From Ruditapes philippinarum (Eukaryota): DNA of 64,000 bases. The notes beneath the pieces are model-generated. The model was not told the DNA's origin and made no database searches. It saw only the letters and a program-made list of their open reading frames with translations. This document shows, piece after piece, positions 27,001 to 40,544 of the stretch; positions within the stretch are counted from its first letter, which is position 1; every line of letters begins with the position of its first letter. Where the stretch lies: NCBI RefSeq assembly GCF_026571515.1, contig NW_026861047.1, positions 310,001-374,000 of the forward strand, given 5' to 3'. The position numbers were made by a program, and so were the translations under genes.

Positions 27001-30000
27001 ATCTGCTTCAATGATCTGTGTACAAGTATACAAAACTTAGTTCACTGTTGACTATGTTCAAATGAATAGAATTTAGTTTGTTCAAGACGTATGGCAATTT
27101 TATATTGCTAATATAGTAAAAAACTTATTTTGTGAGAAGAAAGCAATGAACCCGTGTACAAGTATTTAAAACTTAATTCAGTGTTAAAGTAGTCTTATTG
27201 TAATACTTTCCCGCCCCAAAAAATCTAACATCGGTCAATATCGTAGCAAATTTGTTATTTCCAGAATGTTATTTTTTCAAAATCTTGGGCATTAGATTAT
27301 TTACAATCACTCATCCTTATCGCTTTGTACTAAATCCCGGTTATAAACGTTAAAAATTATCGAATAAGAAACGTTCTGGAAATGACTGATTCATTATGAT
27401 ATTGGCCTATGTTAGAAATGTTTTGACAGGCAAGCATTGCAGTAAGACTACCTTAAATAACTACTGTTGAACATTAATCAAAAGGACAATTTTCTGCAGC
27501 TATTTTTTTTTAAGTGATTTAGTAAGAAATATCCACATAAAAGTATTGAAATTATAAGACTCACTTATTTTGTTCTTCTACTTCATCTTTTCTTAACATC
27601 ATTGACACAACAGCTTTCTTCAGCTCATCTATAACAATTGTAAATTATAATATAACATATCATTTTTATAAAAGATGAAATCATACTTAAAAGCACACAT
27701 GGAACATTAGTTGACTAAAAACATTTAAATAATAGTGTACATTGTTGACCATTCTCACTAAATACATTATCACTTTAGTCTATGCCCTTCTTTTTCATTC
27801 AATGAGGGGGCCTACATTTTGAAATTCAACAGTCTATTTGGCATAAACTGTTGACAGCAGCATTTATTTAACCATTCATTTACAGTCAAACCTGTGTTAA
27901 AGTCCATCTCTGAATAATGATAACCCTTCAATTAAAGGTCAGTTTTTGATAACTCTTCATTGATAAATTGGAATGAAGTACCCTCCAAATAAAGAACACT
28001 TGTCTATAAAGACAATTTCTTATCTTTCCCATGGACAGCCTTTGATCACAGGTTTGACTGTATTGGGTCTATCTTGATATACAAAACCACTTGCATCTCC
28101 TTTATGCAAGTCCTACAGCCTTCCTTTTCAGCTGCTTAAATCATTTATTACACTCAGTACAAAAAGAAACGCAAACTGTATATATACCTGGTCATCTCCC
28201 ATAGTGAATGTGGTGCAGAAAAAACTTCAATACCTTTTCAATATTTCATCCATGCTTTATTCAATAACACAACAATTTCATTGATACCTGCAAAATTACG
28301 AAAGTTCCAGCAGTTTAAACACAGCGCTATTGATCACGAAATTTTCAGTTTCAATACCTTGTGTGTCCACCCCTAGCATTGATAAGCGCCTGGCAGCGGC
28401 GACGCATAGAGGTCACTAACATAGCAATGGATGCCTGGGGAATGTTATTCCACTCCTGCACTGCGACACGACGAAGTTCCTGCACCGTCTGGGGCTGTGG
28501 CTGATGCTGATAAATGCGACGTTTTAGCTCGTCCCATAAGTGTTCAATAGGCGCCATATCTGGTGACATTGCAGGCCAGTCTAGCACATTGATGTGGTTC
28601 CGAGCAAGAAAGTTTTGAGTCAAACGTGCTGTGTGCGGGCGAGCGTTATCCTGTTGAAGTGTCCCATGTCCCTGAAAATGACGGTTCATGTACGGTACGA
28701 CAACAGGTGCTAGAACATCATTGACATAGGTCTGAGCATTGACATTACGGTCGAACACTACAAGATCTGTTCTTCCAAACTGTGACATCCCTGCCCATAT
28801 GTGAATGGAGCCACCACCCGAACGATTAAAAGTCTGAATACAGGCTTCGGCATAACGCTCGTTCCTGCGCCTCCAAACACGTGCACGACCATCGGCTCTG
28901 CTCAGCACTATTTTAGTTTCGTCAGAGAAAAGTACCCTGCTCCAGAATCTACGGATCATTCTTATGTGCACTCTAGTCCACCGTAGTCGATCCCGTTTGT
29001 GACGTGCAGTGAGGCGTGATGCCTTGAGGGGTCTCCTACACCTCAAACCAACTTCCTTAAGCCGATTTCGAACTGTGTTTGCATGTATACTGCGCCTGAA
29101 AAGTAACGCAACGTCTCAAAAAGGGTAAACCTCATCAAAACGTGAACAGCTCAAAATTTGATAAGAGGAAGAATTTCGGAAAGATAGCAATATTTTCACC
29201 TACCCCTGAGTACCTATTGTTCGTCTAGCTGTAGAGGACGCCGCTTCGAATCGATTACGTAGGTGCCCCACTCGAATATTCACATCCTGTCTCCTAGTGG
29301 TTATTCGTGGTCGACCGGATTTTGGTAAGTCTTTGACACTGCCAGAGGCATTGTACCTATTCTGTAGACGAGTGATAGTGCTAACATGACAATTAAATCG
29401 CCGTGCAACGTCAATCTTCAAAACACCAGCTTCAAGTAAACCAATTGCTTGATTCCGCAAATGTTCAGCAAGGTGCGGCATGGTTATAAAGTACTGACAG
29501 TTCAAATAAACTTGTTTTTCATGTGTACCGATTCATCACTACACGGCTACATGTATAGAAACTATCGGTAAACTATAGAGCACGGTGTGCACGTGGAAAT
29601 GTGGTTTGTACAGTTTGCCGTTAAACTGCATTGAGGGAGTTTAAAAATAATGCCGTTTTGAACTCAAGTTAACAATAAAATGTCATTGAGAATATTAAAG
29701 GGAAAATTGTTTGTCCAAATTTAGTATAAACCTAAAAAAATGAAAAATGAAAAAGTTGCGTTTCTTTTTGTACTGAGTGTATTTTCTTATTAATGTCTTT
29801 TACGTAATCAAATCAATATCTTGACTGATCTTGTATGACTTGTTTTAAGTATATTCTGGTACAAAACAAAGCAGTCACTACCATAATTTATTTATAATTC
29901 ATTAACTAACATGACATGCTGTATTTTTTATTAAGAGAAACACACACTTTTTCATCTCATTCCATGCTATTTGAAGACAATTGAAATATACAACTTGTGT

Positions 30001-33000
30001 GTGAAAAAGATTCAGTCTCACTAATACAACCTCATAATTCATTTATTATATAACAAACTAGTGCATTGTTTTCACATGCAAATGTATATATTTGTGATCA
30101 TAAATTAACCTCATTAGACTTACCTGTAGACATCCTGTCACTATGTATGTCTTCAGACACGTTACCTCCATCTCCTTGTGTCCTATGACTGTAACACAAA
30201 TAATAGCATATTGATTTAGTTTATACAAATTTATTTATTTTCGATTGTGTTGGAAGCTATAAGCTTATTGAAACAGTCTCAAGTCCGTTCCTGTGACCAA
30301 CCAGTACTAAGCAATGAATGTAAAGTTTCTAGCTCAGTGAAAGCACAGCTTGCCCCTGACAGGGTTTTAACCCACGTGGTCAGCAATCCTTAGATTACTA
30401 GTCTGACATATTAACCACTCAGCCATGCCACCACTAGCATATTTATTTATTTGTCTTTCTCAGAATTAAGCAATTTTTTTGTTGTTGATAAATTCATTAA
30501 GTCTTGTATTCATTTTAATAAACGCCCATATTAATAGACAATTCTGTAAAATGCAATGAACTACAAATATACATCATCACTTATATATCTTGAATGATGT
30601 TACTTCATGATTCTCAATTAGAACAATACACATGCCCCGGTTTAAATTTAGAACAGCTCTTTCTTCTGTTAGAGTTTCGATATTAAAAAGTTAAAACTGA
30701 GCACCCAAAATATGAAGTCTGAGTAATTTGTTAATATGTGTACTAAGGCCTGGCTCTATACCAGTGACAGTCACTCAAATCAGATACTGAAATATTAATT
30801 TCATTACTTAAACTTACAACTATTACATAAACCTCAACATGTTTGTTTTTAATATCAAAAATACAATCCAAAATTCAGGAAAAGTAAACTATATTAAAGT
30901 ATACCTTTCATTATAACTGATCTGAGCTTGTTGTAGAGCAAATGTTGCAGATTGTATATCTTCACCATTGTATGCTGATAGTGTGTTGGAATCATCTAAA
31001 AATTACACAAATGAGAATTAACTTCTTTCTTAAACCCTTAATCTGCTCAATTTCTAAACTGCACTTGTCCAGCTTCCAATTTGGAACTGTACATTGTCAA
31101 TTTAGGGTGATATCAAGATGAAAATGTTATGTTAGTCAGCCAACAGTATATTCCCTTTACTCCTAATCCTGCTGAATTTGTTATATAGACTTGTCCAGCT
31201 CTCAATTTTTTAACCGTCCAAATTCAATTTTAGGTATATCGAGATAAAAATATCGCATTAGATTGCAAGCAGTATAGAGCCTGATCAGACTGCATGGATG
31301 TGTAGGCTGGCCTGGCTCTACACTGATGGCTAAGGCTGGTTGATCACTCAGTTCCAACAAGTCAAGTGTTAAATCCATAAGACATAATGTCATCTTAAAA
31401 TATGATGTGTTCAGAGAAAGATGCAGCATATACTTATGGAATATTTGAATACATGCTGGTTCTAGAACTTTCTTGTCCTTATGTCATTGAGGCTTAAGAA
31501 AGTATATTTGCACTTAACGGTTGGTTAAAATAAACGATTAACATTACCAACTTTCCAAGATCTTTAACAGTTTTTTTTTTAAAGAATTTGATTTTCAGCA
31601 CTAATTAAAAAGCTACTTTAATTGATAGTTCTCCCCTATAAGCAAAATAATGAAAGTTAACATTTTCTTGATGTTTAGATTTTCAACACAAGAGAGTTAG
31701 TGCTATACTCAAAAAAGAATTTTTAAAAAGTCATTCAGAGTGTAATAAGATGGGTTTTTACAGTAATCTAAGTTAACAGTTAATCTATAAGTTATGAGTT
31801 ACTATCTTTTCATACTTACTGCATGGTATATACAATATTATTGTCAACCAATCAAATTGTTGCAGTGAATATTGAATGGTATAAATAAGCTGACTTTGGC
31901 AATGTTAGCTAGGTTAGGTACTGTACCTACTCTGGTCAGTACTACAAGGCTAAGCCTTGAAACATTAAACTGGACTTAGTCCTTAATACAAATATTTACG
32001 TTTATTGTAATCGACCACATATAAAATGAGCCTAGTCACGACAAAACCAACATAGTGGGTTTGCGACCAGGATGGATGCTGACCAGCCTGCGCATCCGCC
32101 AATCTGATCAGGATCCATGCTATTCGCTATCAGTTTCTCTACTTGTAATAGGGTTTGTAAGCCAACAGCATGGATCCTGATCAGACTGCGCGAATGCGCA
32201 GGCTGGTCTGGATCCATGCTGGTCATAAATGCATTATGTTGGTTTTGTCATGGCGCGGCTCAAATATATCATAATCATCATCTTAATTAAAATAATAATT
32301 AGAGTTATTCTTAATATAAAACTAAATATAATTTGATAAGTAAACTAATCAAATTTGTTAGGGCTTTTCATATAATAAAAAGCATTGATTGAAATTGTAT
32401 TTCTTAGTTGTTGTTGTTTAATCCATCATCATAATATAGTGACACTTATTTATAAATCTACTGAGCCCTGAGAATTTACTCCAGTTATAATTTGTGATCG
32501 TTCGGTCTCGGTGTAAAGCATTGATTCTCATTAGAACCTGACCACTATTACGATAGTAATCTCCCCTACTTTAATTTTGACAGGTGGTCACAATTTTTTT
32601 GAAAAGTAATAAGCCATTTTTAAAACTTTGGAGAGTCTTAAAAAAGCATGAATATAGTTAAAATAAACACCACAAATCAATCCCCCCCCCCTCCTATAAA
32701 GTACATGTATTACAATACTAACAAGATCGTCCTAGTCCAGTATCATCATCATCTATGGCATTGCGACCTCCAGGGGTCACAGGGGTCATTACAGTTCCAC
32801 TCATCTCCATACTGAAAGGTATAAAACTTTGTATTATATTATATTAAGATACCTGGATTCAGTGTGTCTTGTAAAATCCATTAACATAAGTTATAAGACA
32901 CTTTAAGGCATGCTATAATTAAAATCTGATGAATGTTCATAAATCCAAACAATGGTTCTTCAAAAGAAAATAAGTACAGGATTTGAAATAGTCTACATTA

Positions 33001-36000
33001 AAATACCAGGTACCTTACAAAGTACAGATGCTTTTTTGTAATTAAAGAGCCTAGGAATATCCATACTTATATTTTCCAAATATCTTTAAAAGTAGTCACT
33101 CTAACCATTTCACATTTCAATAAACTACTTTTCATACATACCACTAGATGTATAAGGAAATAAAACTTAATGTTGAACATAATTATTAACTAAGCATGAC
33201 TACCTTAATTCAAAGTCTGCTGAACTGAATGACCCCTGACTCCTCCTGTTATCTGATCGTCCTGAAGCTATACTGGGATCTCTACTCGCAGATCTGAGAA
33301 TACTTTCAGAAGACAAAGTGGCACCATTTTGAAACACATCATCTGATTGGCTAAACATTGCACCGGATTGGCTATTCTGTGAAGAATTATTTAATTGACT
33401 ATCTTTTGTCATAGCACCTGCACTGTGGTCTATAGTTTTAAATCCAGAACTTACAACATTAACACTAATTTTTGAGCTTGATGTCACAGATTCCTGTGGA
33501 ATTGTCTGAAATTGTTGCGCTGATTTATCGAAGGTATCAGAAGGTGAACCGTAGGTAAAACTTCCAGTCTTTCCAGTCACATTTACTCTGGAGAATGTTC
33601 CTACCCCAGTGTCATCCTCATCAAAACTCACTATATGACTTACTTTTTTCTTCTTCTTTTTCTCTTTCTTCTTCTCTCGCTCTGATAAATATATATTCAA
33701 ATATATATCAAAAGGCAGTTGTAAATATCTTTATGATGAATATCAATTAGTTCATCAGTTATGCTGAGAAGCATTAGAAGTAGCTAAGAAAAACCAAAAC
33801 TTCAAGTAAACAAGGCCCGTGTTACTTGGACAGATAAAGCATTTACATTGTTATCACATGATACAGAAAGTCCTAACTTCTTTAAAATATTATTTCCTTT
33901 TTACTAATATTACATCCTCATGTATGTTTCAGACTCTCACTATAATAATAAAAATCTATTTTTGTTATCTATACACACAAAAAAAATCTACAATTTTATT
34001 TTAAAGTAGAGCTTAAAAGTGGAAGTAAAATTGAAATTTTCTACACCAGGTAGATAAAATTAAATATTCAGTTGACCTGGCAGTTTGGTTAATTCATTTA
34101 TCAAAAGTTACATACATTATCAAGTTTTGTCAGCTATCTATTCACAATCAACTGTATAAATATCACACTATCAGTCTGGCCTAATTTTATACATCTGATA
34201 TCATATATAAATGCATGCATTTATTTGTAGCTATATCCCTTATAAATATATCCTAAATATATCCTACTTTATCATTATCTTCAAGGTAATTTTCTATCAG
34301 CCAAGTTATTAGAAACAGACACACATCATTCTAACTTGAGCCGGGTCACGACAAAACCAACAGTGCTTTTGCGACCAGCATGGATCCAGACCAGCCTGCG
34401 CATCCGCGCAGTCTGATCAGGATCCATGCTGTTCGCTTACAAACCCTATAACAAGTAGAGAAGCTAATAGCGAACAGCATGGATCCTGATCAGACTGCGC
34501 GGATGCGCAGGCTGGTCTGGATCCATGCTGGTCGCAAACACACTATGTTGGTTTTGTCGTGACGCGGCTCATTTGTTTTGTGATATAAAAAATATAGAAG
34601 TGCCAGTTACATGAAATTGTTTTAAAAGAAATTGCAGAACTAGCACATGAATAGAAGAAAATACAACAATACATCAACAGTAACTTAGAATTTTCATCAT
34701 ATAAAGTAAAAACTATATCTTTTTTTCAAGATTCTAAGAACTAACAAAGAAATGAAGCTATTACATAGTACCACAATGTTGTGGTGACTTTTTTTAAATG
34801 AAACTCTTCCAAATGATATAATGAATCTTCATGTAAGTAAAAAAGCAAGAAGTAAATCAAATATATACATGTATATTACTAGTATTTAAAAGAGGACAAG
34901 TATTTATTGACATATGTTAATGCTTGTCAACTTGTTATACTTTCGTTGTTTTCTTTTTTTCATCTCTCATGATAATTATTAGTTTTTGCTTTTATAAATA
35001 CCTAAAATAATATTGTATGTAGAAATATTTAACCATGTCATGTGTTTATTTACAAAGATATACCACTGGCGTTTATGTATATACTCATGTGTTGCTTATG
35101 TAACTTGAGTTAATACAGATATGGTCTGTTCTGTTCAGTCAAATTGGTATACTAAAATAATTTTAGCTTAATGCTTAAATTTCAATTTCACTACTGAACA
35201 CTAGTATTTGTCTCAGCAAAAAAAAATCTTTTCTTTTCTTTTCTTTATAATTTATCTTACAGAGGATCACATCTGTATGAAGAGAATTAATAACAATGCT
35301 TAGTGTAAATCTTAAAGTAGCCAGTAAAGGTACAAGAGTTACTAGCAGTACCCTCTTCAGTAGGTTTTCACAGTGGTGTTGAATATTATAATCTTTGAGC
35401 AGAGAGCACTCCTGAGTGATTTTAATGAATATCATTCATCATAATTTGGAAAAAATAGCAAGAAGTAATTTCTGCAATGGCCAAAGATTTTGCTGGCATC
35501 AAGGGCTTATGGACAGCACTGTCCAGATATCTTCAAAGGCTCCAAAAGCAACATGATGAAGACTTCTTGTTGGCATGTATTCACAATTAAACACATACTC
35601 ATAAAAGTAGGAAGGGGAGCAGTTGCCTAGTGGTTAAGGTGTCTGCCTCTCAACCCAGGGATCATGGGTTTGAGCCCTAATCGAGTCACGACCATGTTTC
35701 TTCATATGACAACAGTACTGGTTGGTTCCAGGAAGCTGACTCTAAAGTGATTAATATAAGTTGCAAAAACTTGTTTCGCAATCGAGCTTAAAAATAAATA
35801 TGTTTAAACCAAACTTAGGAACACTTATCTAATGTGCATTCTATTATATTTTTGTAAGAATCAGTCACTTTATACACTAGTAAAAATATTTGCCTTACCA
35901 TGAGGTCCTTCACCAGCTATTACAGGTCGAAGTTCCTCTTCCGGTTTCAGGACAGGTGCTGTGATGTTACCGACATTCACCACCACCTGTTTAGGTGTTT

Positions 36001-39000
36001 GCATAACAGCATTTAACTCAGCATTATCAACAGTGATGGCAAACAAAATGGAGTCCAGTCCTACAATTCCAAAATATAAAAATATTTAATTGTACTAAAA
36101 CTATTATTATCATTATTAAAGATACACGCCTTCAGATAAGACAAACTATTTTAGGAAAAATCAAGCTTGAGAACAACGGTCTAAGATTATAAGAAAAGAA
36201 AAAAAGATTAACGATTCAAGAATGTCCATGTTATGTGCAATTAATGACTGATTTTGAACTATTTAAAACCATATTTCTACTGCGTAAATAACGCACTAAG
36301 GGCTATAACAGAATTTTTGCGTACTTCTGACAAATAGAAAATATGGAGATTTTTTTACCTCTAGCCATCATTGGGAGCATGCTGTTTTTCTCTTGGTCTT
36401 TCAGAAATGCCCAGCTGTGGTAAAATTGACTGAAATCATAATAAATCTTATTTGGAAACATTTCTGAATAATAAGACATTGAACCACACATGTGAAATAT
36501 GTATCATCATTGAACAACCTACCGATCAGCACTACACTTTTCTGCTTGTGCCCAATTTTGGCTATTTACAAGCAAGATAACATACAAAAATTTGAATCTT
36601 AATAGAATTTAAAGACTTGCTGCAAAAACTTTCATATAAAAAAAGACACAACTTTCAAACAATCCTTAAGCAAATACTTACCGGTATTATTTTTAGTGTG
36701 TGGTTTTTTTTACATACAAAATACTAACAGTATTTTGGACATATTTTGGGCACACAATCAACAGGGGTTCTGAAATCTTATGCTAAACTAGTCAGACTCC
36801 AGGCTTTAAGCTGGGGGACAAGTAGATCTTCATGTAAAACTTGTGTGAGGACAAGTGAATTTGTGAGGTAGAAAAAAATACCAAAATACTGTCAATGTAC
36901 CAGTAAATCAATTGTGAGGGAAAAAAAAAAAGATGTCCATGGTTATGAACACTCCATTTACCTTAATAATGAATCACTTTCCACTAACATGTGCATGTAT
37001 CTTTCTAGTGAATGTTCATTAAATGATGCCCTCAACCAGGATCTTCCTCTACCAGAGTCTGTATTAATATTTTTCAGGTTCATGAATCTATCTGCCTCAT
37101 GTCTTGTCAACACTTCCTTTACATAGTTCCAGAACACTGAATACAAAATGAACAACTTGATTTTATTAAGGGGATATGTTATTACTAAAAAATTACAACT
37201 TGCATAAAAATATTTTATAGAATAAAAACAGAAAATTGAATAAATCATTTAAAATGCTACCAAGTGTAGAGGGGTTAAAGAAATACAATAATGGTAGTTT
37301 TAATAAGGCAGAAGAAAACCATAATACAGTAACCTCCAATTGTAACGATATACCACTTATTTCAATGCTACTACCAAGGTCACAGTCCAGACTTGTTTAC
37401 AAATTGGTTGCTGCTCGAATATAGCATTATCTAGATGTTACAATATATAAAATCAGTGGTCCCCTGAATATCGGTGTATACTGTTATGTGTATAGTAATA
37501 GGTTTATAAAGCGTTTAAATCTTATATCCGATTCATTAAATGTACTGACCTAGATCTTTTTCAATGGGTTTGTCTGCAAACATTTCTGCAACCTTTGTGA
37601 GACCAGTCATTTCGGAAACTTGTCTGATGCAAAATAAAAATAAGATTTATTATATCTTTTGATACCCATACAAGACAAGAAAGCGTGTGATAATATTAAC
37701 TCTTAACAAAATATCCTGATTCCTCTTGTAATTGTTGTTGACATTGTTGTTGCTGTTAGTTTTTTGGGGTTTTTTTGTTGTTGTTTTTTTTTGGGGGGGG
37801 GGGGTGTAAATAAGAAACAAACAAAAAATGTATGTATATAGAGCATTTGCTATGACAAAAAGTACATTTATGTTTTTTTTAGTAACATCAAAATGTTATT
37901 GAATAAAACTTTTAGGAAAATGCTAAAATAATGGATAATTGTTTACTTAACAAATAGATCATGAAACTTTTATGAGTTTTATCCTAAAAATATAATAATG
38001 TCTCTGAAAGATACACATGCAGTTATGTTATCCATTGTCTCATTCATAACATATCTTTTGTCTGTTCTTAAAGAAATATATTTTACAATTAAACAGAGAC
38101 TGTATAGTAATTATCAGAATTTTCAAAGATCAAGTTTGGGCATAATATATCTTTAACAAAAGAGGTTAGAAGACCAGCAGTCTATATTTTTTCACAATTT
38201 TCACATGAACTCTTTACCTAACATCTCAAGTTCTCAGCATAAATTCTTATCCCTTAACATCACATAATCTACATGTCTATTATCATATGAATATTTGTAC
38301 TCACTTGAGAGCTGCAATAGCTTTTGTTTCACCTTTCATACCATGTTGCAGTACACTCTCCCAGGCTGCACACAGACATGATACTCTGTAATTAACAAAT
38401 ATGATGATGCTGTTATTAAAGTGGTACCCCTCAATATAAGTAAAATATCTTTTCGAGAAAAAAAAATCAAACTAAAGAAATGTACATTTGTATATTGATA
38501 TTTTAACCCTTACCCAGCTAAGTTGCTTTCTTGAATGGTATTTTCCGGTATTTTCCTTCTTACAAGCTGGACATAACCATCCATCATTTTTAAGGGAAAA
38601 ATATCAAATTCAACATGACAGAATATCAAATAGTGGAGACCATGAACAGACAGGATTGTATGATATTCATTCAATACATATTTTGCATGGATGTGCCCAC
38701 TCATCATGGTTGACACTGGTCACCTGTCTTTTAAGCAGGAAAAAGGTTTAAATGGTTATAGTACATTTGAGAGAATGATTGAAAAGTAATAAATAAAATA
38801 ACACCTGGCATCACTGTCTGTAGCAAGCTCTGTTCTCCCACCAAATCGTACCTGGCACTGTAAATCAACAAATTACATCATAAAATGTTAGGCAGTTAAC
38901 TAAACTTGCACTGCATAGTTTTGTTTAATTATAAATATAATAATGTTAAATTAATTGGCTAGGTTCAATAATCACAAATTTCTTCAAGGATTTTTTTTTG

Positions 39001-40438
39001 CCTTATTTCATAGCCAATATTTGGTCATATTCCCAATTTAAAAATAGTATATTATTTTCCCAATCCACAGGAAAAAATTCCCAATTAAAAGTTACAAAAT
39101 AAAAGTATTGAATTACAAATTCTAAAATCTCTGGAGAAAAAAGGGCTTCTTCTTCACTGTTATGGTGCTAAAATGTTTGCAGGCTCAATTCTAGACAGTG
39201 ATTCTTTGCATTCATTTAATCATTGCAAACTTTAAGTCATGCAATTTTTCTCAATTTTTAACAAAACATCGCTGAAATTCCCAATTCTATGGGCATGGGT
39301 CATGTTCACAAAATCCTGGGGGAAAACACCTGTTCTTTTATTAGTAAACAACCTGTTCTGTTAAATCTATGTGAAACTTACTAAAACTCTTCCATTCATG
39401 AAACTACTAAAATTTAACCCATCTAAAAAAATGCTGACTTTACAGTACAGTTGCACATTCAGAACATCTTGAACCTATTATCTTCATTTACTGCTATTTA
39501 TAGGAACTTTGTTAATATTGTTAGTAGGCACATATCCTCCAGTTAGATACCTGCTTCACAGCATCCAGTAATCTGGTTTGTAAGCTCTGTTTCTCCTGGG
39601 CATGTGGATCATCCCCTAAAATCATAATATAAATTTTAAAATAAGACAATCTTTATTTATAGTTGGTTACAATAAACATTATGACACTAGCTATAAAAGC
39701 TATGTTATGAAATAACAGATTAAATCTGCTTGATAGATGTACATTGTACTTGATTTTAACAGTGTATTTTTAAAGGTTTCAATGTCTCACAGTAAAGTTG
39801 ACCAAAGTGTTTCTGTAACTAATTTATCATTATCAGTATTGGGCTTCCATTGTTCAATTACTACTCTCTTCTTTTACTATGGTTTAACCATCTGTACCAA
39901 GGTGGACAGTGGATTTGAAACAAGGTGGACCATAATTTTAAAGAAAACTAATTCAGGAATAGGTAGTCCTTCATTAAAAGACTTTGCATTTTCTTTTCTT
40001 TTCTTGATATTTTACAGTTTTACATTTATTGTAAAATGTGAATTACGGCAAATTTGAAATTGACCAATGTAAAAAATACATCTAATTATTTTGGACTAAG
40101 GAATGTGGAGAAGAAGACTACAGACAATATGATAATATAATATAATATATATAATAATTTCTATGCCTATGTAGTTTTTACTTAACAAGATTTTGTAACA
40201 TTGAGTTACCAACGTCATTCGCATAAGGGGAAGTTTGAATTATATATAGAGTAGAGCATAAATTAATCAAGCATTTAATTATTATCATCATAAAATAATA
40301 TGAAATGCTAATTTTATGGCCGGAATTTCAACAAATGCAGCTTTATCCGAAATTTACAATATCCGAAATGTGGAAAGTCATTCAAAACTGCTTGGTAGAA
40401 AAATATGCTCTATAAAAGATCAAATACATGCCATTCAT
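21096..40438 (-). CDS. SNX29: Sorting nexin-29 (RUN domain, coiled coil, PX domain), ~816 aa, 22 coding exons
   Basis: Phase-consistent exons in transcript order: [40438-40432 or 40736-40730], 39615-39551, 38857-38805, 38385-38305, 37623-37550, 37136-36962, 36429-36359, 36060-35899, 33681-33204, 32811-32723, 30995-30905, 30188-30124, 27628-27565, 27015-26887, 26193-26111, 25691-25585, 24796-24680, 24476-24424, 23949-23859, 23047-22907, 22445-22306, 21210-21096 (2451 nt). Motifs: RLLDAVKQCQVRFGGRTELAT, GRGRSWLRASFNEHSLERY, ENELLKHQLRKYV, QVAEMHGELMEFNE, LINVWIPSAFLRG..YHVYQVYVRIKDEEWNVYKRY..F. The first exon is uncertain. Confidence 0.93.
21469..21713. repeat. Tandem repeat, 5 x 49 bp, in the last SNX29 intron
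   Basis: Unit gatagtgaacaagtattccaagtttagtttaaaaatataacattatgtt, nearly identical copies. Confidence 0.95.
23071..23443. mobile_element. TTAA-flanked MITE (Kolobok-like ends), family B copy 2
   Basis: TIR ttaaaggcccattatgttccagaaa / tttctgaagcatattgggcctttaa. Confidence 0.75.
24963..25360 (-). mobile_element. 3' end fragment of a LINE (ORF2 C-terminal Cys/His region, 3' UTR, short repeat tail)
   Basis: C..C..LEDEYHFLIIC..LRSLYIP.YY..P..KF..LM is typical of invertebrate LINE ORF2 C-termini; aataaa and a (ttgaa)n-like tail at ~24963-24990 on the minus strand. Confidence 0.7.
27883..28060. mobile_element. Tc1/mariner(pogo)-type MITE, 178 bp
   Basis: TA flanks; 14-bp TIR cagtcaaacctgtg / cacaggtttgactg. 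Confidence 0.8.
28151..29779 (-). mobile_element. Full-length Tc1-family DNA transposon (1629 bp)
   Basis: TA TSD (28149-50, 29780-81); perfect 24-bp TIR cactcagtacaaaaagaaacgcaa; encodes the transposase below. Confidence 0.97.
28351..29481 (-). CDS. Tc1 DD34E transposase, 340 aa, two exons
   Basis: Exon 29481-29204 (MPHLAEHLRNQAIGLLEAG..HTH..GRPR), GT-AG intron 29203-29096 (108 nt), exon 29095-28351. Catalytic FSDET, QQDNARPH, SPDMAPIE with 34 residues between the second D and E. No stops or frameshifts after splicing. Confidence 0.93.
30219..30434 (-). mobile_element. tRNA-derived SINE (Meta/MESC-like core)
   Basis: Minus strand: A box tggctgagtgg, B-box-like gggttaaaaccc, core tgcttagtactggttggtcacaggaacggact; 15-bp TSD tagcatatt(g/t)attta at 30204-30218 and 30435-30449. 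Core name from recall. Confidence 0.8.
31030..31372 (+). mobile_element. TTAA-ended MITE family C with partial internal duplication
   Basis: ttaaacccttaatctgctcaatttc..acttgtccagct appears twice; ends caagtcaagtgttaa. Confidence 0.55.
32027..32262. mobile_element. Palindromic MITE family A copy 2 (spacer inverted relative to copy 1)
   Basis: Same arms as 3726-3962 with a small deletion in one arm. Confidence 0.88.
34337..34571. mobile_element. Palindromic MITE family A copy 3
   Basis: Near-perfect arms and the same spacer as 3726-3962. Confidence 0.9.
35614..35815 (+). mobile_element. tRNA-derived SINE (Meta/MESC-like core)
   Basis: A box tgcctagtgg, B box gggtttgagccc, core agtactggttggttccaggaa shared with the 30219-30434 SINE; taggaa on both flanks. 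Confidence 0.75.
36116..36330 (+). mobile_element. Truncated TTAA MITE, family D
   Basis: ttaaagatacacgcc..attaatgactgatttt..tatttctactgcgt..taacgca aligns to the reverse complement of ~46890-47081. Confidence 0.6.
38503..38751 (+). mobile_element. TTAA-ended MITE family C
   Basis: ttaacccttacccagct ... agcaggaaaaaggtttaa; interior similar to the 17218 and 31030 copies. Confidence 0.5.
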
Positions 40439-40544
40439 TTTGATGTTTCATAGCACAGACTGCAAATGAACAGACTTGTTGTTAATGACAAATTAATGAG
40501 AATAAACTGCAAAAAATTGATGTTTTTGTTGGTACTTCCCACAG

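Noticed and set aside
35614-35690. tRNA gene (also 30350-30434 on the minus strand)
   Set aside because: A/B boxes are present, but there is no convincing cloverleaf and the sequence continues into a shared SINE core and tail.
36359-36429. SNX29 exon derived from the adjacent TTAA MITE (gcatgctg.ttt resembles its TIR)
   Set aside because: The exon encodes conserved SNX29 sequence (WAFL..SMLP.MA); the match is short and probably coincidental.
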